A stretch of DNA of 62,145 nt from Oscillospiraceae bacterium (lineage in GTDB: Bacteria; Bacillota; Clostridia; Oscillospirales; JAAYXM01). The position numbers and the translations under genes are program-made. The notes under the pieces are model-generated. The model made no database searches. It worked only from the letters and a program-made list of their open reading frames with translations, and had not been told where the DNA came from. How positions within the stretch are numbered: the stretch's first letter is position 1; the number at the start of each line of letters is the position of its first letter. Of the stretch, positions 35,332 to 44,727 are shown piece after piece. The DNA lies in assembly GCA_017559985.1 (NCBI GenBank), contig JAFYPW010000082.1:1-62145 (forward strand), given 5' to 3'.

Positions 35332-37644
35332 TTATTCATTAAAGTTACTTTCTATGAGAAGTACGGCAACGGTCATATCGTCGTTTTTGCCGTGAGTTCC
35401 CGCGGCAAAGGCAACGATTGTGTCGGCGAGCGCCTTGGGAGAGGCTTCCTTTGATTGAGAAATGAATTTTAAAAGCTTGTCCTCGTCGGAGGAATCACAG
35501 ACTCCGTCGCTTGTCATAATTATAAAATCACCCTCGTTGAGTATGAGCTCGGTTTTGTCTATCGACGGGTTTCCGTCGATTACAACGCCTGCGGGAAGGG
35601 AAGAAGAGGTTATGCGGCGCACGCGTTCACCTCGTTTTACATATGTCGGTGCGGCGCCGAGTTTATAAAATTCTGCCCTGCCAGTAAACATATTTGCATA
35701 AAAAAGGTCGAGCGTTGCAAAGCTTCCGCTCTCCTCAACTTTCAGTGTAAGAGCACTTTGGAGAGTTTTCAGAGCACTTTCCGGAGGGATACACGATTTT
35801 ATAAAGCTTTCAAGAAGAAGAACGGCTTTTGCACTTTCGGATGCCGCAAGATTACCGCTTCCCATACCGTCGGAAAGAAGAAGCGCGACCTTTCCGTTTT
35901 CGGGGGAGAAGAAGCTTCCTGAATCGCCGCTTAAAACCGAGCCCTTGCGGTTTAAGCCGGATGCCGCGAAAACACTTCGGAGAGAAGGCTTTTCGTGGAT
36001 GAGAATTTCGTCGATGCTGTTGCCGAAGGTGTATTTCGGCAAGGTGAGAGGCACTCCGAGAGCTTTTTCAAAAAGCGGTGCAAAAGTTTTGTAGTCATCT
36101 TTGATACAGGAAAGGTCCTTGCCGCACAGGTGAATATTCAATCTGTTTTCACGGTCTCTGTAAACTGCACTGTCACAGAGAATTCCGTTTGAGGTGAGAT
36201 GTGAGCGCAGCTCTCTTTCTGCCTGCTCGTCAAAGCGGGTGTTTGCAAGTATGTCCGAAGACAGCTCTGTAAAAATAGCGGAGGCATCGGAGTATTGCTT
36301 CGTGAGAAGTCGTCTGCTTTCAAAGAGCTTCTTTTCAAACTTCGCACTGCAACGCCTGGTTACAATTTCGCGGTTTATGCTCGCTATGAATTTTTCGATG
36401 TGCAGACAACGCGAGGTGAAATGGATGGGAAAATCCTTGGCTGTGAGGATGCCGCTTTCCCGCACAGCGAGACTTGCGTTGTTGAGCGCGTCGCGTGTTG
36501 CTTCAAAGTCGCGCTGCCAGCAGATTTTTGATAGTGTGCATTTTTTGCAGAGAGTTGCCGTTGTCCGCCTGAAAAGTGCCGCATCGGAAAAGTTTTCGTC
36601 GCTGTTTTCGCGCTTTGGCTCTCCTATGACGCGGCCGAGGTTTGAAAAGGCTTCTGCGGCAAGATTTAAGCGCTTTGCGGCGTATGAGCGGAAATGCACA
36701 TCGCTTCTGCCCCTGGTAAGAGCGAAAAATTGCCCTGCTTTTTCCGAGAAAAGGTTGGAGGTAAGAAGAAAAATGCCGGATGCCGCAAGAAGCTCGCTTC
36801 CGCGGGAAAGAAGAGATGTGCTGTCAAGGCAGAGCGATATAAAAAGGGCGGACAAAGAAGAAACTGCAACACCTGCAAGTTTTGATTTTCCCGAAAAGGC
36901 ACCGCAGCAGATGCCGCAGATGCCGTACAGCATACAGAATTCCGCGGAGGAGAAGGCAAGAGAGACAGAAATTCCCATAATAAGTCCGCATAGCGCACCC
37001 ATACCTGCCCCACCGCAAAACGCAACAAGCATAACAAAGGCAAAGGCAAGCGCACGACCCGGCGAGAAAAAACCGAACAGCGAGAAATTGCAAAGTGCAA
37101 CAGTAAAGGCGGCGCATAACGTGAGAATGCAGGGGATGAGCTCTGTTGTAGTTTTTTTCTTTTCGCTCAGAAGTTTTTTGAACATATATGCGGAAAATGC
37201 GGAAAGAGCGGTTTCAAAAGCCGCAAGCGCCGTGTCAGGAAGCGTAAAACCGCCATCAATAAGAAAGACAAGATGTATGCAGATATTTGGAATTGCGACT
37301 GCAAGAGGTGAAAAAAGGCGGCTTTTGTAAATTGAGGTTCCCTCAAAAACGAAATGAGCAGTGAAAATAAGAATAACACATGCGATGTATTTAAGAGAAT
37401 TTATGTAATCAAAAACCGAGAGATAACCGAGTGTTGTGCCGAGTAACCCCCAGAGCGCGTGCGAGCCCGATGAAAAAGCGGCACTCGCCGCAAGCCCGAA
37501 CGGAGCGGCACTTCCGAGAATTATTCCCCGCGAAAGAAGAAAAGCGGAGACAAACCTGAGCGGATAAAGAAACGTCTTTACGGGTATTTTCTCTGTGAAA
37601 GCGGAAAATATATTTTTCAATTTCCTTTTTGTTTTTACATCCAT
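35332..37644 (-). CDS. spoIIE: Stage II sporulation protein E (membrane PP2C phosphatase)
   Basis: About 10 N-terminal TM helices plus a C-terminal PP2C domain (LSDGMGSG, DD.T). Start at 37644 with SD aaggaaagg. Confidence 0.88.
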   Translation of the reverse strand: MDVKTKRKLKNIFSAFTEKIPVKTFLYPLRFVSAFLLSRGIILGSAAPFGLAASAAFSSGSHALWGLLGTTLGYLSVFDYINSLKYIACVILIFTAHFVFEGTSIYKSRLFSPLAVAIPNICIHLVFLIDGGFTLPDTALAAFETALSAFSAYMFKKLLSEKKKTTTELIPCILTLCAAFTVALCNFSLFGFFSPGRALAFAFVMLVAFCGGAGMGALCGLIMGISVSLAFSSAEFCMLYGICGICCGAFSGKSKLAGVAVSSLSALFISLCLDSTSLLSRGSELLAASGIFLLTSNLFSEKAGQFFALTRGRSDVHFRSYAAKRLNLAAEAFSNLGRVIGEPKRENSDENFSDAALFRRTTATLCKKCTLSKICWQRDFEATRDALNNASLAVRESGILTAKDFPIHFTSRCLHIEKFIASINREIVTRRCSAKFEKKLFESRRLLTKQYSDASAIFTELSSDILANTRFDEQAERELRSHLTSNGILCDSAVYRDRENRLNIHLCGKDLSCIKDDYKTFAPLFEKALGVPLTLPKYTFGNSIDEILIHEKPSLRSVFAASGLNRKGSVLSGDSGSFFSPENGKVALLLSDGMGSGNLAASESAKAVLLLESFIKSCIPPESALKTLQSALTLKVEESGSFATLDLFYANMFTGRAEFYKLGAAPTYVKRGERVRRITSSSLPAGVVIDGNPSIDKTELILNEGDFIIMTSDGVCDSSDEDKLLKFISQSKEASPKALADTIVAFAAGTHGKNDDMTVAVLLIESNFNE

Positions 37645-37952
37645 TTTAAAATCATTCCTTTCCTTGTGTAGATTATATAAGAAACTGTGTGAGTAACAAG
37701 TCGGAAAATAAGTGTCGTATTTTAAGTTTTGAAACAGCAAAAGGCAGAGAAGGAAAATAAAAGGTTTTTGATTCTTGCAAATTGACGTCAGAAGCAGAAA
37801 AATGCGATAACTTTTAAATTTGTGTAAAATAGATAAAAAAACTTTGTTAAATTTTTGATTTTCTCGCTAAATGCTATTGATATTTTGACTAAAACATAAT
37901 AAAATAATAGATAGCAAAAATTGCACAATTATGAAAGGGGCGAATTCATGTA

Positions 37953-39731
37953 ATGAGTTTGACGACCAACAAGTATGTAAATGAATGGGTCAAAGAAATT
38001 ACCGAATTGGTTAAGCCGGATTCGGTCGTTTGGATTGACGGCAGCGAAGAGCAGCTCGAAGCACTTCGCGCACAGGCAGTTTCAACAGGCGAGCTTATTA
38101 AACTTAACGAGGAGAAGCTTCCGGGCTGCTACCTCCACAGAACAGCGATCGACGACGTTGCCCGCGTTGAAGACCGCACGTTCATCTGCGCTCCCACAAA
38201 GGAAGAAGCAGGCGCTACAAACAACTGGATGGATCCTGCTGAGATGTATGCAAAGCTCAGAAAGCTTTATGACGGCAGCATGAAGGGCAGAACAATGTAT
38301 GTTCTTCCGTTCTCCATGGGTGTTGTAGGCTCTCCGTTTGCAAAAGCGGGTATTGAGATTACCGACTCTATCTACGTTGTTCTCAATATGAAGATTATGA
38401 CACGCATCGGCAAGGCAGTTCTTGACAACCTTGGCGACAGCGCTGATTTCGTTCACGGTCTCCACAGCCGTGCTACAATGAATCCTGAGGAGAGATACAT
38501 TGTTCAGTTCCCGCAGGATAACACAATCTGGTCAATCAACTCCGGTTACGGCGGCAACGTTCTTCTCGGTAAGAAGTGCTTTGCTCTCCGTATCGCTTCC
38601 TACCAGGGTCGCAACGAGGGCTGGATGGCTGAGCATATGCTCATCCTCGGCGTTAAAGCACCTAACGGTGAGAAGAAGTACATCGCAGCAGCATTCCCGT
38701 CTGCTTGCGGCAAGACAAACCTTGCTATGCTTATTCCGCCGAAGGAATATGTAGAAAAGGGTTATGAGGTTGAGTGCGTAGGTGACGATATCGCATGGCT
38801 CCGTGTCGGCGATGACGGTCGCCTCTGGGCTATCAACCCGGAAGCCGGTTTCTTCGGCGTTGCTCCGGGTACTAATATGAAGTCCAACCCGAACGCTCTT
38901 AGAACCTGTCTCCAGGATACAATATTTACAAACGTTGTTCATAATACAGAAGACAACACTGTATGGTGGGAAGGCCTTGACAAGAACCCGCCGAAGAACG
39001 CTATCAACTGGAAGGGCGAGAAGTGGGACTGCGAGTCAGGCGAGAAGGGTGCTCATCCGAACAGCCGTTTCACAGCTCCGGCATCAAAGTGCCCGTGCAT
39101 CTCTCCGGAATTTGAAAGCCCGAAGGGCGTTCCGATTTCCGCAATCGTATTCGGCGGTCGCCGCGCAAAGACTGCTCCGCTCGTTTACCAGTCATTTGAC
39201 TGGAACCACGGTGTGTTCGTAGGCTCTGCTATGGCTTCCGAAACAACAGCAGCAGCAGCGGGTGCTGTCGGCGTTGTCCGTCGTGACCCGATGGCTATGC
39301 TTCCGTTCTGCGGATACAATATGGGTGACTACTTCAACCATTGGATTGAAATGGGCAAGAAGATCACAAAGAAGCCGAAAATCTTCAACACAAACTGGTT
39401 CAGAACAGATTCCAACGGCAAGTTCCTCTGGCCGGGATTCGGTGATAACCTCCGTGTTCTCGAATGGATTCTCAAGCGCTGCGACGATGAGATCGGTGCA
39501 GACGAGACAGCTATCGGTTATGTTCCGAAGGCTGAGGACATCAACCGCGAGGGTATCGAAGATGAGGTAACAATGGATATCCTCCGCGATATTCTCTCCG
39601 TTGATGCAGGTCTCTGGAAAGAAGACGCTGCAAACCTCGAAGAATTCTATGCAAAGATTCAGAGCGTCGGAAACAGAATGCCGAAGGAAATGTACGACCA
39701 GCTTGAAGGCTTAAAATCACGCCTCGGCTAA
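37953..39731 (+). CDS. pckG: Phosphoenolpyruvate carboxykinase (GTP)
   Basis: 592 aa with the FPSACGKTNLAM kinase motif and overall GTP-PEPCK motif order. Confidence 0.92.
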   Translation: MSLTTNKYVNEWVKEITELVKPDSVVWIDGSEEQLEALRAQAVSTGELIKLNEEKLPGCYLHRTAIDDVARVEDRTFICAPTKEEAGATNNWMDPAEMYAKLRKLYDGSMKGRTMYVLPFSMGVVGSPFAKAGIEITDSIYVVLNMKIMTRIGKAVLDNLGDSADFVHGLHSRATMNPEERYIVQFPQDNTIWSINSGYGGNVLLGKKCFALRIASYQGRNEGWMAEHMLILGVKAPNGEKKYIAAAFPSACGKTNLAMLIPPKEYVEKGYEVECVGDDIAWLRVGDDGRLWAINPEAGFFGVAPGTNMKSNPNALRTCLQDTIFTNVVHNTEDNTVWWEGLDKNPPKNAINWKGEKWDCESGEKGAHPNSRFTAPASKCPCISPEFESPKGVPISAIVFGGRRAKTAPLVYQSFDWNHGVFVGSAMASETTAAAAGAVGVVRRDPMAMLPFCGYNMGDYFNHWIEMGKKITKKPKIFNTNWFRTDSNGKFLWPGFGDNLRVLEWILKRCDDEIGADETAIGYVPKAEDINREGIEDEVTMDILRDILSVDAGLWKEDAANLEEFYAKIQSVGNRMPKEMYDQLEGLKSRLG

Positions 39732-39744
39732 TAAACCGGATATA

Positions 39745-39775
39745 AACCGTGTCACTTTGTGGCACGGTTTTTTCA
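39745..39775 (+). terminator. Rho-independent terminator of pckG
   Basis: aaaccgtgtcac ttt gtggcacggttt followed by tttt. Confidence 0.85.
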
Positions 39776-39875
39776 TTTTCTACTATATAAAAAAAGTATT
39801 TAAAATTTTCTGATTGTATGTTATAATATATAATGATTATTTATATTTGTTTTTACCGCTTTGGAGGTGGCAGAA

Positions 39876-40700
39876 ATGAAATGCGTGCTTGGTATTGATA
39901 TAGGCGGAAGCACAACTAAAATCATAGGTTACAGAAACGGTGAAATTTTCTCTCCGCTTCTCGTCAAGGCGAGCGACCCGCGCGCCTCGCTTTACGGTGC
40001 TTTCGGAAAGTTTTTAAGTGAAAACAAGCTTTCACTTTCGGACATTTCAAGCGTTATGATAACGGGAGTCGGCGCAGATGACAGCCAGAAGGAAATTTTC
40101 GGAGTTGAGACTCACAGAATAGAAGAGTTTCGCGCAGTGGGTCATGGCGGCTTGTTTCTCAGTGGGCTTGACTCTGCCGTAGTTGTAAGTATGGGAACGG
40201 GTACTGCATTTGTTTCGGCAAGCCGTGACGGCGTTTATCATATGGGCGGCACAGGCATCGGAGGAGGCACTCTTATCGGGCTTTCAAACCGTATGTTCAA
40301 TGTCCGTAATTTTGACGACATTATCGAAACTGCTGCCTCAGGTGACCTAAATAACGTTGACCTTCACATACGCGACATCAGCCGTGAGGATATTGAGACA
40401 CTTGCTGCTGCGACCACGGCGTCAAATTTCGGCAGGATAAGCGACCTTGCGACGAATGCTGACCTTGCACTCGGTATAATCAATATGGTTTTCCAGACAA
40501 TCGGCGTTATGGCAGCATTTTCTGCAAAAAATGCCGGAACAGAAAACATTGTGCTTACGGGCAATCTCACAAACGTACCGCAGGCAGAAAATATTTTTAA
40601 AGGGGTAGAAACGCTTCACGGTGTAAAGTTTATCATACCGGAGCATTCCGAGTATGCAACTGCAACAGGTGCGGCGCTTATGTACGGTAATAACATATGA
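39876..40700 (+). CDS. coaW: Type II pantothenate kinase
   Basis: GIDIGGSTTK, GTGT and GGTGIGGGT motifs are collinear with my recollection of S. aureus CoaW. Start at ATG 39876 after ggaggtgg. Confidence 0.72.
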   Translation: MKCVLGIDIGGSTTKIIGYRNGEIFSPLLVKASDPRASLYGAFGKFLSENKLSLSDISSVMITGVGADDSQKEIFGVETHRIEEFRAVGHGGLFLSGLDSAVVVSMGTGTAFVSASRDGVYHMGGTGIGGGTLIGLSNRMFNVRNFDDIIETAASGDLNNVDLHIRDISREDIETLAAATTASNFGRISDLATNADLALGIINMVFQTIGVMAAFSAKNAGTENIVLTGNLTNVPQAENIFKGVETLHGVKFIIPEHSEYATATGAALMYGNNI

Positions 40701-42106
40701 ACATAAAAGAGCTTCCCGAGGAATTTATTTGCCGCCAGCAGGAATATATACAGGCGGTGGCAGAGTTTAACAGAGAAAAGACGCTATACGCGTTTGTTGA
40801 TACATACGGTTGCCAGCAGAATGAGGCGGACAGCGAAATTATACGCGGAATTCTGCAGGAAATGGGATATATGCAGACTGACGACGAGAACATCGCCGAT
40901 GTCATAGTCATAAACTCCTGTGCCGTGCGCGAGCACGCAGAGCAGAGGGTGCTTGGAAATGTCGGTCAGCTTGTACACTCAAAGAGAAAAACAAACTGTA
41001 TCATCGCAGTTTGCGGATGTATGGTTCAGCAGCCGGCGATGGCGGAGAAGATAAAGAAAAGCTATCGCCATGTCGATATGGTGTTTGGCGTACATGCTCT
41101 CCCGCGTTTTCCCGAGCTTTTATATCGCGCACTGACGGAAAAAAAGCGCATTTTTGATATTGAGCAGTCAGACGGCGTTATTGCAGAGGGGCTTCCTGTG
41201 CTTCGTAAGGACAAGACGAAGGCGTGGATATCAATTATGTATGGCTGCAACAATTTCTGCACTTATTGCATTGTTCCGTATGTCAGAGGGCGTGAGCGTT
41301 CGCGCGACCCTGAAAAGATTGTTGCAGAGGTAACAAAGCTCGTTTCCGAGGGTTGCCACGATATAACACTTCTCGGACAGAATGTAAACTCATACGGAAA
41401 TGACCTTGACTGCGGTGTTGACTTTTCATCGCTTCTTGAAATGATAAATGCAATTCCGGGTGATTTCAGAATAAGATTTATGACGAGTCATCCGAAGGAT
41501 GCGACACCGCGCCTTTTTGATACTATGGCAAAATGCGAAAAGGTTGCGCGCCATATTCACCTTCCGTTCCAGTCGGGAAGCGACAGAATTCTCTCGCTTA
41601 TGAACCGCCGTTATGACAGCAAAAAGTATCGCGAGCTTGTTGCATACGCAAGAGAAAAGATGCCGGGAATTTCGGTTACGAGTGACGTAATCGTAGGTTT
41701 TCCCGGTGAGACGGAGGAGGATTTTGAAAAGACAATGGAGCTTGTTGAAGACATATGCTTTGACGGTCTTTTCGTATTTATCTACTCAAAGCGTTCGGGC
41801 ACACCTGCCGCAGAGATGGAGGATGTAACGCCGCGAAGCGAAAAGGTAAAAAGGTTCCAGCGCCTTTTTGACCTGCACGATGAAAATACCGCAAAAATGA
41901 GCAAAACATTGCTCGGGACAGAGGCGGAGGTTCTTGTCGAAGGGGTATGTACAGACCAGGGTGAGTATAACCTTATTGCAAGAACGGACGGAAACCGCCC
42001 GATATATTTAAAGGGAAGTCCTGACCTTGTGGGAACGTTTTTGAAAGCAAAAATCGAAAATTCCTCAAAATGGGGAATGTTCGGCAAGATTTCGGATAGG
42101 GGTTAA
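40697..42106 (+). CDS. miaB: tRNA-2-methylthio-N6-dimethylallyladenosine synthase (radical SAM)
   Basis: UPF0004 domain Cys residues, the radical SAM motif CNNFCTYCIVP, and a TRAM domain. Confidence 0.9.
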   Translation: MNIKELPEEFICRQQEYIQAVAEFNREKTLYAFVDTYGCQQNEADSEIIRGILQEMGYMQTDDENIADVIVINSCAVREHAEQRVLGNVGQLVHSKRKTNCIIAVCGCMVQQPAMAEKIKKSYRHVDMVFGVHALPRFPELLYRALTEKKRIFDIEQSDGVIAEGLPVLRKDKTKAWISIMYGCNNFCTYCIVPYVRGRERSRDPEKIVAEVTKLVSEGCHDITLLGQNVNSYGNDLDCGVDFSSLLEMINAIPGDFRIRFMTSHPKDATPRLFDTMAKCEKVARHIHLPFQSGSDRILSLMNRRYDSKKYRELVAYAREKMPGISVTSDVIVGFPGETEEDFEKTMELVEDICFDGLFVFIYSKRSGTPAAEMEDVTPRSEKVKRFQRLFDLHDENTAKMSKTLLGTEAEVLVEGVCTDQGEYNLIARTDGNRPIYLKGSPDLVGTFLKAKIENSSKWGMFGKISDRG

Positions 42107-42111
42107 TTTGA

Positions 42112-44709
42112 ATGGAACAGTATTCTCCGATGATGCTTCAATATATGAAAATCAAAGAGCAGAATAAGGACAGTATTCTGTTTTTCCGCCTTGGAGATTT
42201 TTATGAAATGTTTTTTGACGATGCGCGTCTTGCATCGGAAGAGCTTGAACTCACGCTTACCGGCAAAGAGTGCGGGCTTTCTGAACGTGCGCCTATGTGC
42301 GGCGTTCCGTATCATTCCTGCGAAGCATACATCGCGCGCCTTATTGCCAAGGGATATAAAGTTGCAATATGCGAGCAGACGGAAGAACCGGGAAAAGGCA
42401 AGAAGCTTGTCAACCGCGATGTTGTGCGCGTAATCACGCCCGGTACCGTTATAGAAAACACAATGCTCGACGAAACGCGAAATAACTATATCTGCGGAAT
42501 ATACTTTGAATACAAGCGAGCAGCGCTGTGCTTTATTGATATATCGACGGGCGAGGCAACGGCTTCTGAGCTTTCGGGAGAGGATGTTTCCGACCAGATA
42601 ATGAACGAAACGGCAAAATTTTCACCTGCCGAAATCGTTGCAAATGAAAAGTTCTTAAAAGAGAACGAAGAGCTTATTGATTATATGAAGAAGTCGCTTC
42701 ATATAAACGTTGAGAAAAATGACGAGGTTTTTGATGGGGCTTCCGCAAAAGAAGCTCTTCTGGACCATTTTTCAAAAAAGGATGCAGGCGAGCTGGGCTT
42801 TTCGGAAAACTCTCTTGCAATAAACGCCGTCGGTGGGCTGATAACATATCTGCACCAAACGCAAAAAACAAATCTTTCGCACATAAACAAGATAGAACTC
42901 TACTGCCGCGAGCAGTATATGATACTTGATGAAACGGCGCGGAGAAATCTTGAAGTGTGCGAGACTATGCGCACAAAAGAAAAGCGCGGCTCGCTTCTGT
43001 GGGCGATAGACAAAACCAAGACATCAATGGGAGGAAGACTTCTCCGTTCGTGGCTTGAAAAACCGCTTATGGATGTCACGGAGATAAACGAGCGCCTTGA
43101 TGCGGTCGAAGCTTTTGTGGAAGAGCCTATAACACGTGAAGAAATCATAGAGAGTCTTCGTGCGGTGCGCGACATCGAAAGGCTTTTAGGCCGCGTTGTG
43201 TACGGAATAGCAAACGGACGCGACCTTCTCGCAATGGCAAAAACCTTCTTTGAGATACCGAACATCAAGTCAAAGCTTAATGAGGTTTCATCAAAGCTTA
43301 TTTCGGAAATTTACGGCGGGCTTGATGAGCTTTTCGATATGTTCGCGCTTATAGATGAGGCGATTTCCGAGGAAGCACCGTTTTCCATACGCGAGGGCAA
43401 AATATTTAAAAAGGGCTATAACGAAGAGGTTGACAGACTGCGCGATATTTTAGAAAACGGCAAAAACTATATCGCGGAGATGACCGCCCGTGAAAAAGAG
43501 AAGACGGGAATCAAAAACCTCAAAATCAAATACAATAAGGTTTTCGGATACTATATTGAGGTAACAAACTCAAACCTTTCAGATGTTCCGGATTATTACA
43601 TCAGAAAACAGACACTGACAACAGGCGAAAGATACATAACCGACGAGCTTAAAAACTTAGAGAGCGAAATTCTCGGCGCACAGGAAAGGGTGTGCCACCT
43701 TGAAACAGAGCTTTTCCGCGGAATTTGCGATAAGGTTGCGGAAAACACTGTCCGCATCCAGACGACATCACAAGCCCTTGCAAAGCTTGACGTTGTCACA
43801 AACTTTGCATCCGTTGCGGCACATTACGGCTACCATAAGCCCAAGGTAAACACCGGCTCGAAGATAACCATAAAGGATGGCCGCCATCCTGTTGTCGAGC
43901 GGGTTATGAAGGATTCTCTCTTTGTTCCGAACGATGCGTTTCTTGATTGCAATGAAAACCGTATGGCAATTATCACAGGCCCTAATATGGCGGGCAAATC
44001 AACCTTTATGCGTCAGGTTGCGCTCATCACGCTTATGGCGCAGGTTGGCTCGTTCGTTCCGGCAAGAGTTGCGGAGATCGGCGTGGTTGACAGAATATTC
44101 ACGCGTATCGGCGCGTCTGATGACCTTGCCTCGGGTCAGTCGACCTTTATGGTTGAGATGAACGAGGTTTCGGAAATCATAAAGAAAGCTACTTCAAAAA
44201 GTCTTATAATTCTTGACGAAATAGGTCGCGGAACATCAACATTTGACGGAATGGCTATTGCACGTTCCGTAATTGAATATGTTTCGGACAAGAAATGCAT
44301 CGGTGCAAAAACCCTCTTTGCAACACACTATCACGAGCTTACAGAGCTTGAAGGAAAGCTTCCGGGAATCAAGAACTATAACATAGCAGTCAGAAAGCAC
44401 GGCTTTGATATTACTTTCCTTCGCAAGATTGTGCGCGGCAGTGCCGACGACAGCTACGGAATAGAGGTTGCCCGCCTTGCGGGAATTCCGGATTCCGTAA
44501 TCCTTCGTGCAAAGGAAATTTTAGAAAACCTTGAAAGCGAAAAGCCGCTTTCGATGCCTGAGTTTGAGTTACCCGAAGAAAAAACGCGAAGTGCGGAAGG
44601 CGACGCCATAATCCGTGAGCTTTCGCATATGGATGTCAACACGCTTTCTCCGCTTGAAGCACTTTCGCTTCTTTTTGAACTTGCAAAAAGGGCACGCGGG
44701 GCAGAATGA
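42112..44709 (+). CDS. mutS: DNA mismatch repair protein MutS
   Basis: 865 aa with TPMM.QY, the Walker A motif GPNM.GKST and DE.GRGTST. Confidence 0.97.
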   Translation: MEQYSPMMLQYMKIKEQNKDSILFFRLGDFYEMFFDDARLASEELELTLTGKECGLSERAPMCGVPYHSCEAYIARLIAKGYKVAICEQTEEPGKGKKLVNRDVVRVITPGTVIENTMLDETRNNYICGIYFEYKRAALCFIDISTGEATASELSGEDVSDQIMNETAKFSPAEIVANEKFLKENEELIDYMKKSLHINVEKNDEVFDGASAKEALLDHFSKKDAGELGFSENSLAINAVGGLITYLHQTQKTNLSHINKIELYCREQYMILDETARRNLEVCETMRTKEKRGSLLWAIDKTKTSMGGRLLRSWLEKPLMDVTEINERLDAVEAFVEEPITREEIIESLRAVRDIERLLGRVVYGIANGRDLLAMAKTFFEIPNIKSKLNEVSSKLISEIYGGLDELFDMFALIDEAISEEAPFSIREGKIFKKGYNEEVDRLRDILENGKNYIAEMTAREKEKTGIKNLKIKYNKVFGYYIEVTNSNLSDVPDYYIRKQTLTTGERYITDELKNLESEILGAQERVCHLETELFRGICDKVAENTVRIQTTSQALAKLDVVTNFASVAAHYGYHKPKVNTGSKITIKDGRHPVVERVMKDSLFVPNDAFLDCNENRMAIITGPNMAGKSTFMRQVALITLMAQVGSFVPARVAEIGVVDRIFTRIGASDDLASGQSTFMVEMNEVSEIIKKATSKSLIILDEIGRGTSTFDGMAIARSVIEYVSDKKCIGAKTLFATHYHELTELEGKLPGIKNYNIAVRKHGFDITFLRKIVRGSADDSYGIEVARLAGIPDSVILRAKEILENLESEKPLSMPEFELPEEKTRSAEGDAIIRELSHMDVNTLSPLEALSLLFELAKRARGAE

Positions 44710-44727
44710 TAAAAGGAGGGGTTTTTC

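Noticed and set aside
36194-37330. 378-aa plus-strand ORF, plus several shorter ORFs on both strands (e.g. 36666-37100, 36824-37117, both minus-strand and out of frame), inside spoIIE
   Set aside because: It is antisense to a well-supported SpoIIE gene. The sequence is Ser/Arg/Ala-rich and low in complexity, with no SD and no recognisable domain. This is typical of a spurious open frame opposite a real gene.
37645-37952. A possible riboswitch or cre element in the 308-bp AT-rich region between spoIIE and pckG
   Set aside because: I saw only promoter-like hexamers, a TGACGTCA palindrome and Spo0A-box-like TGTCGTA. No conserved riboswitch core and no convincing 14-bp cre palindrome could be supported by eye.
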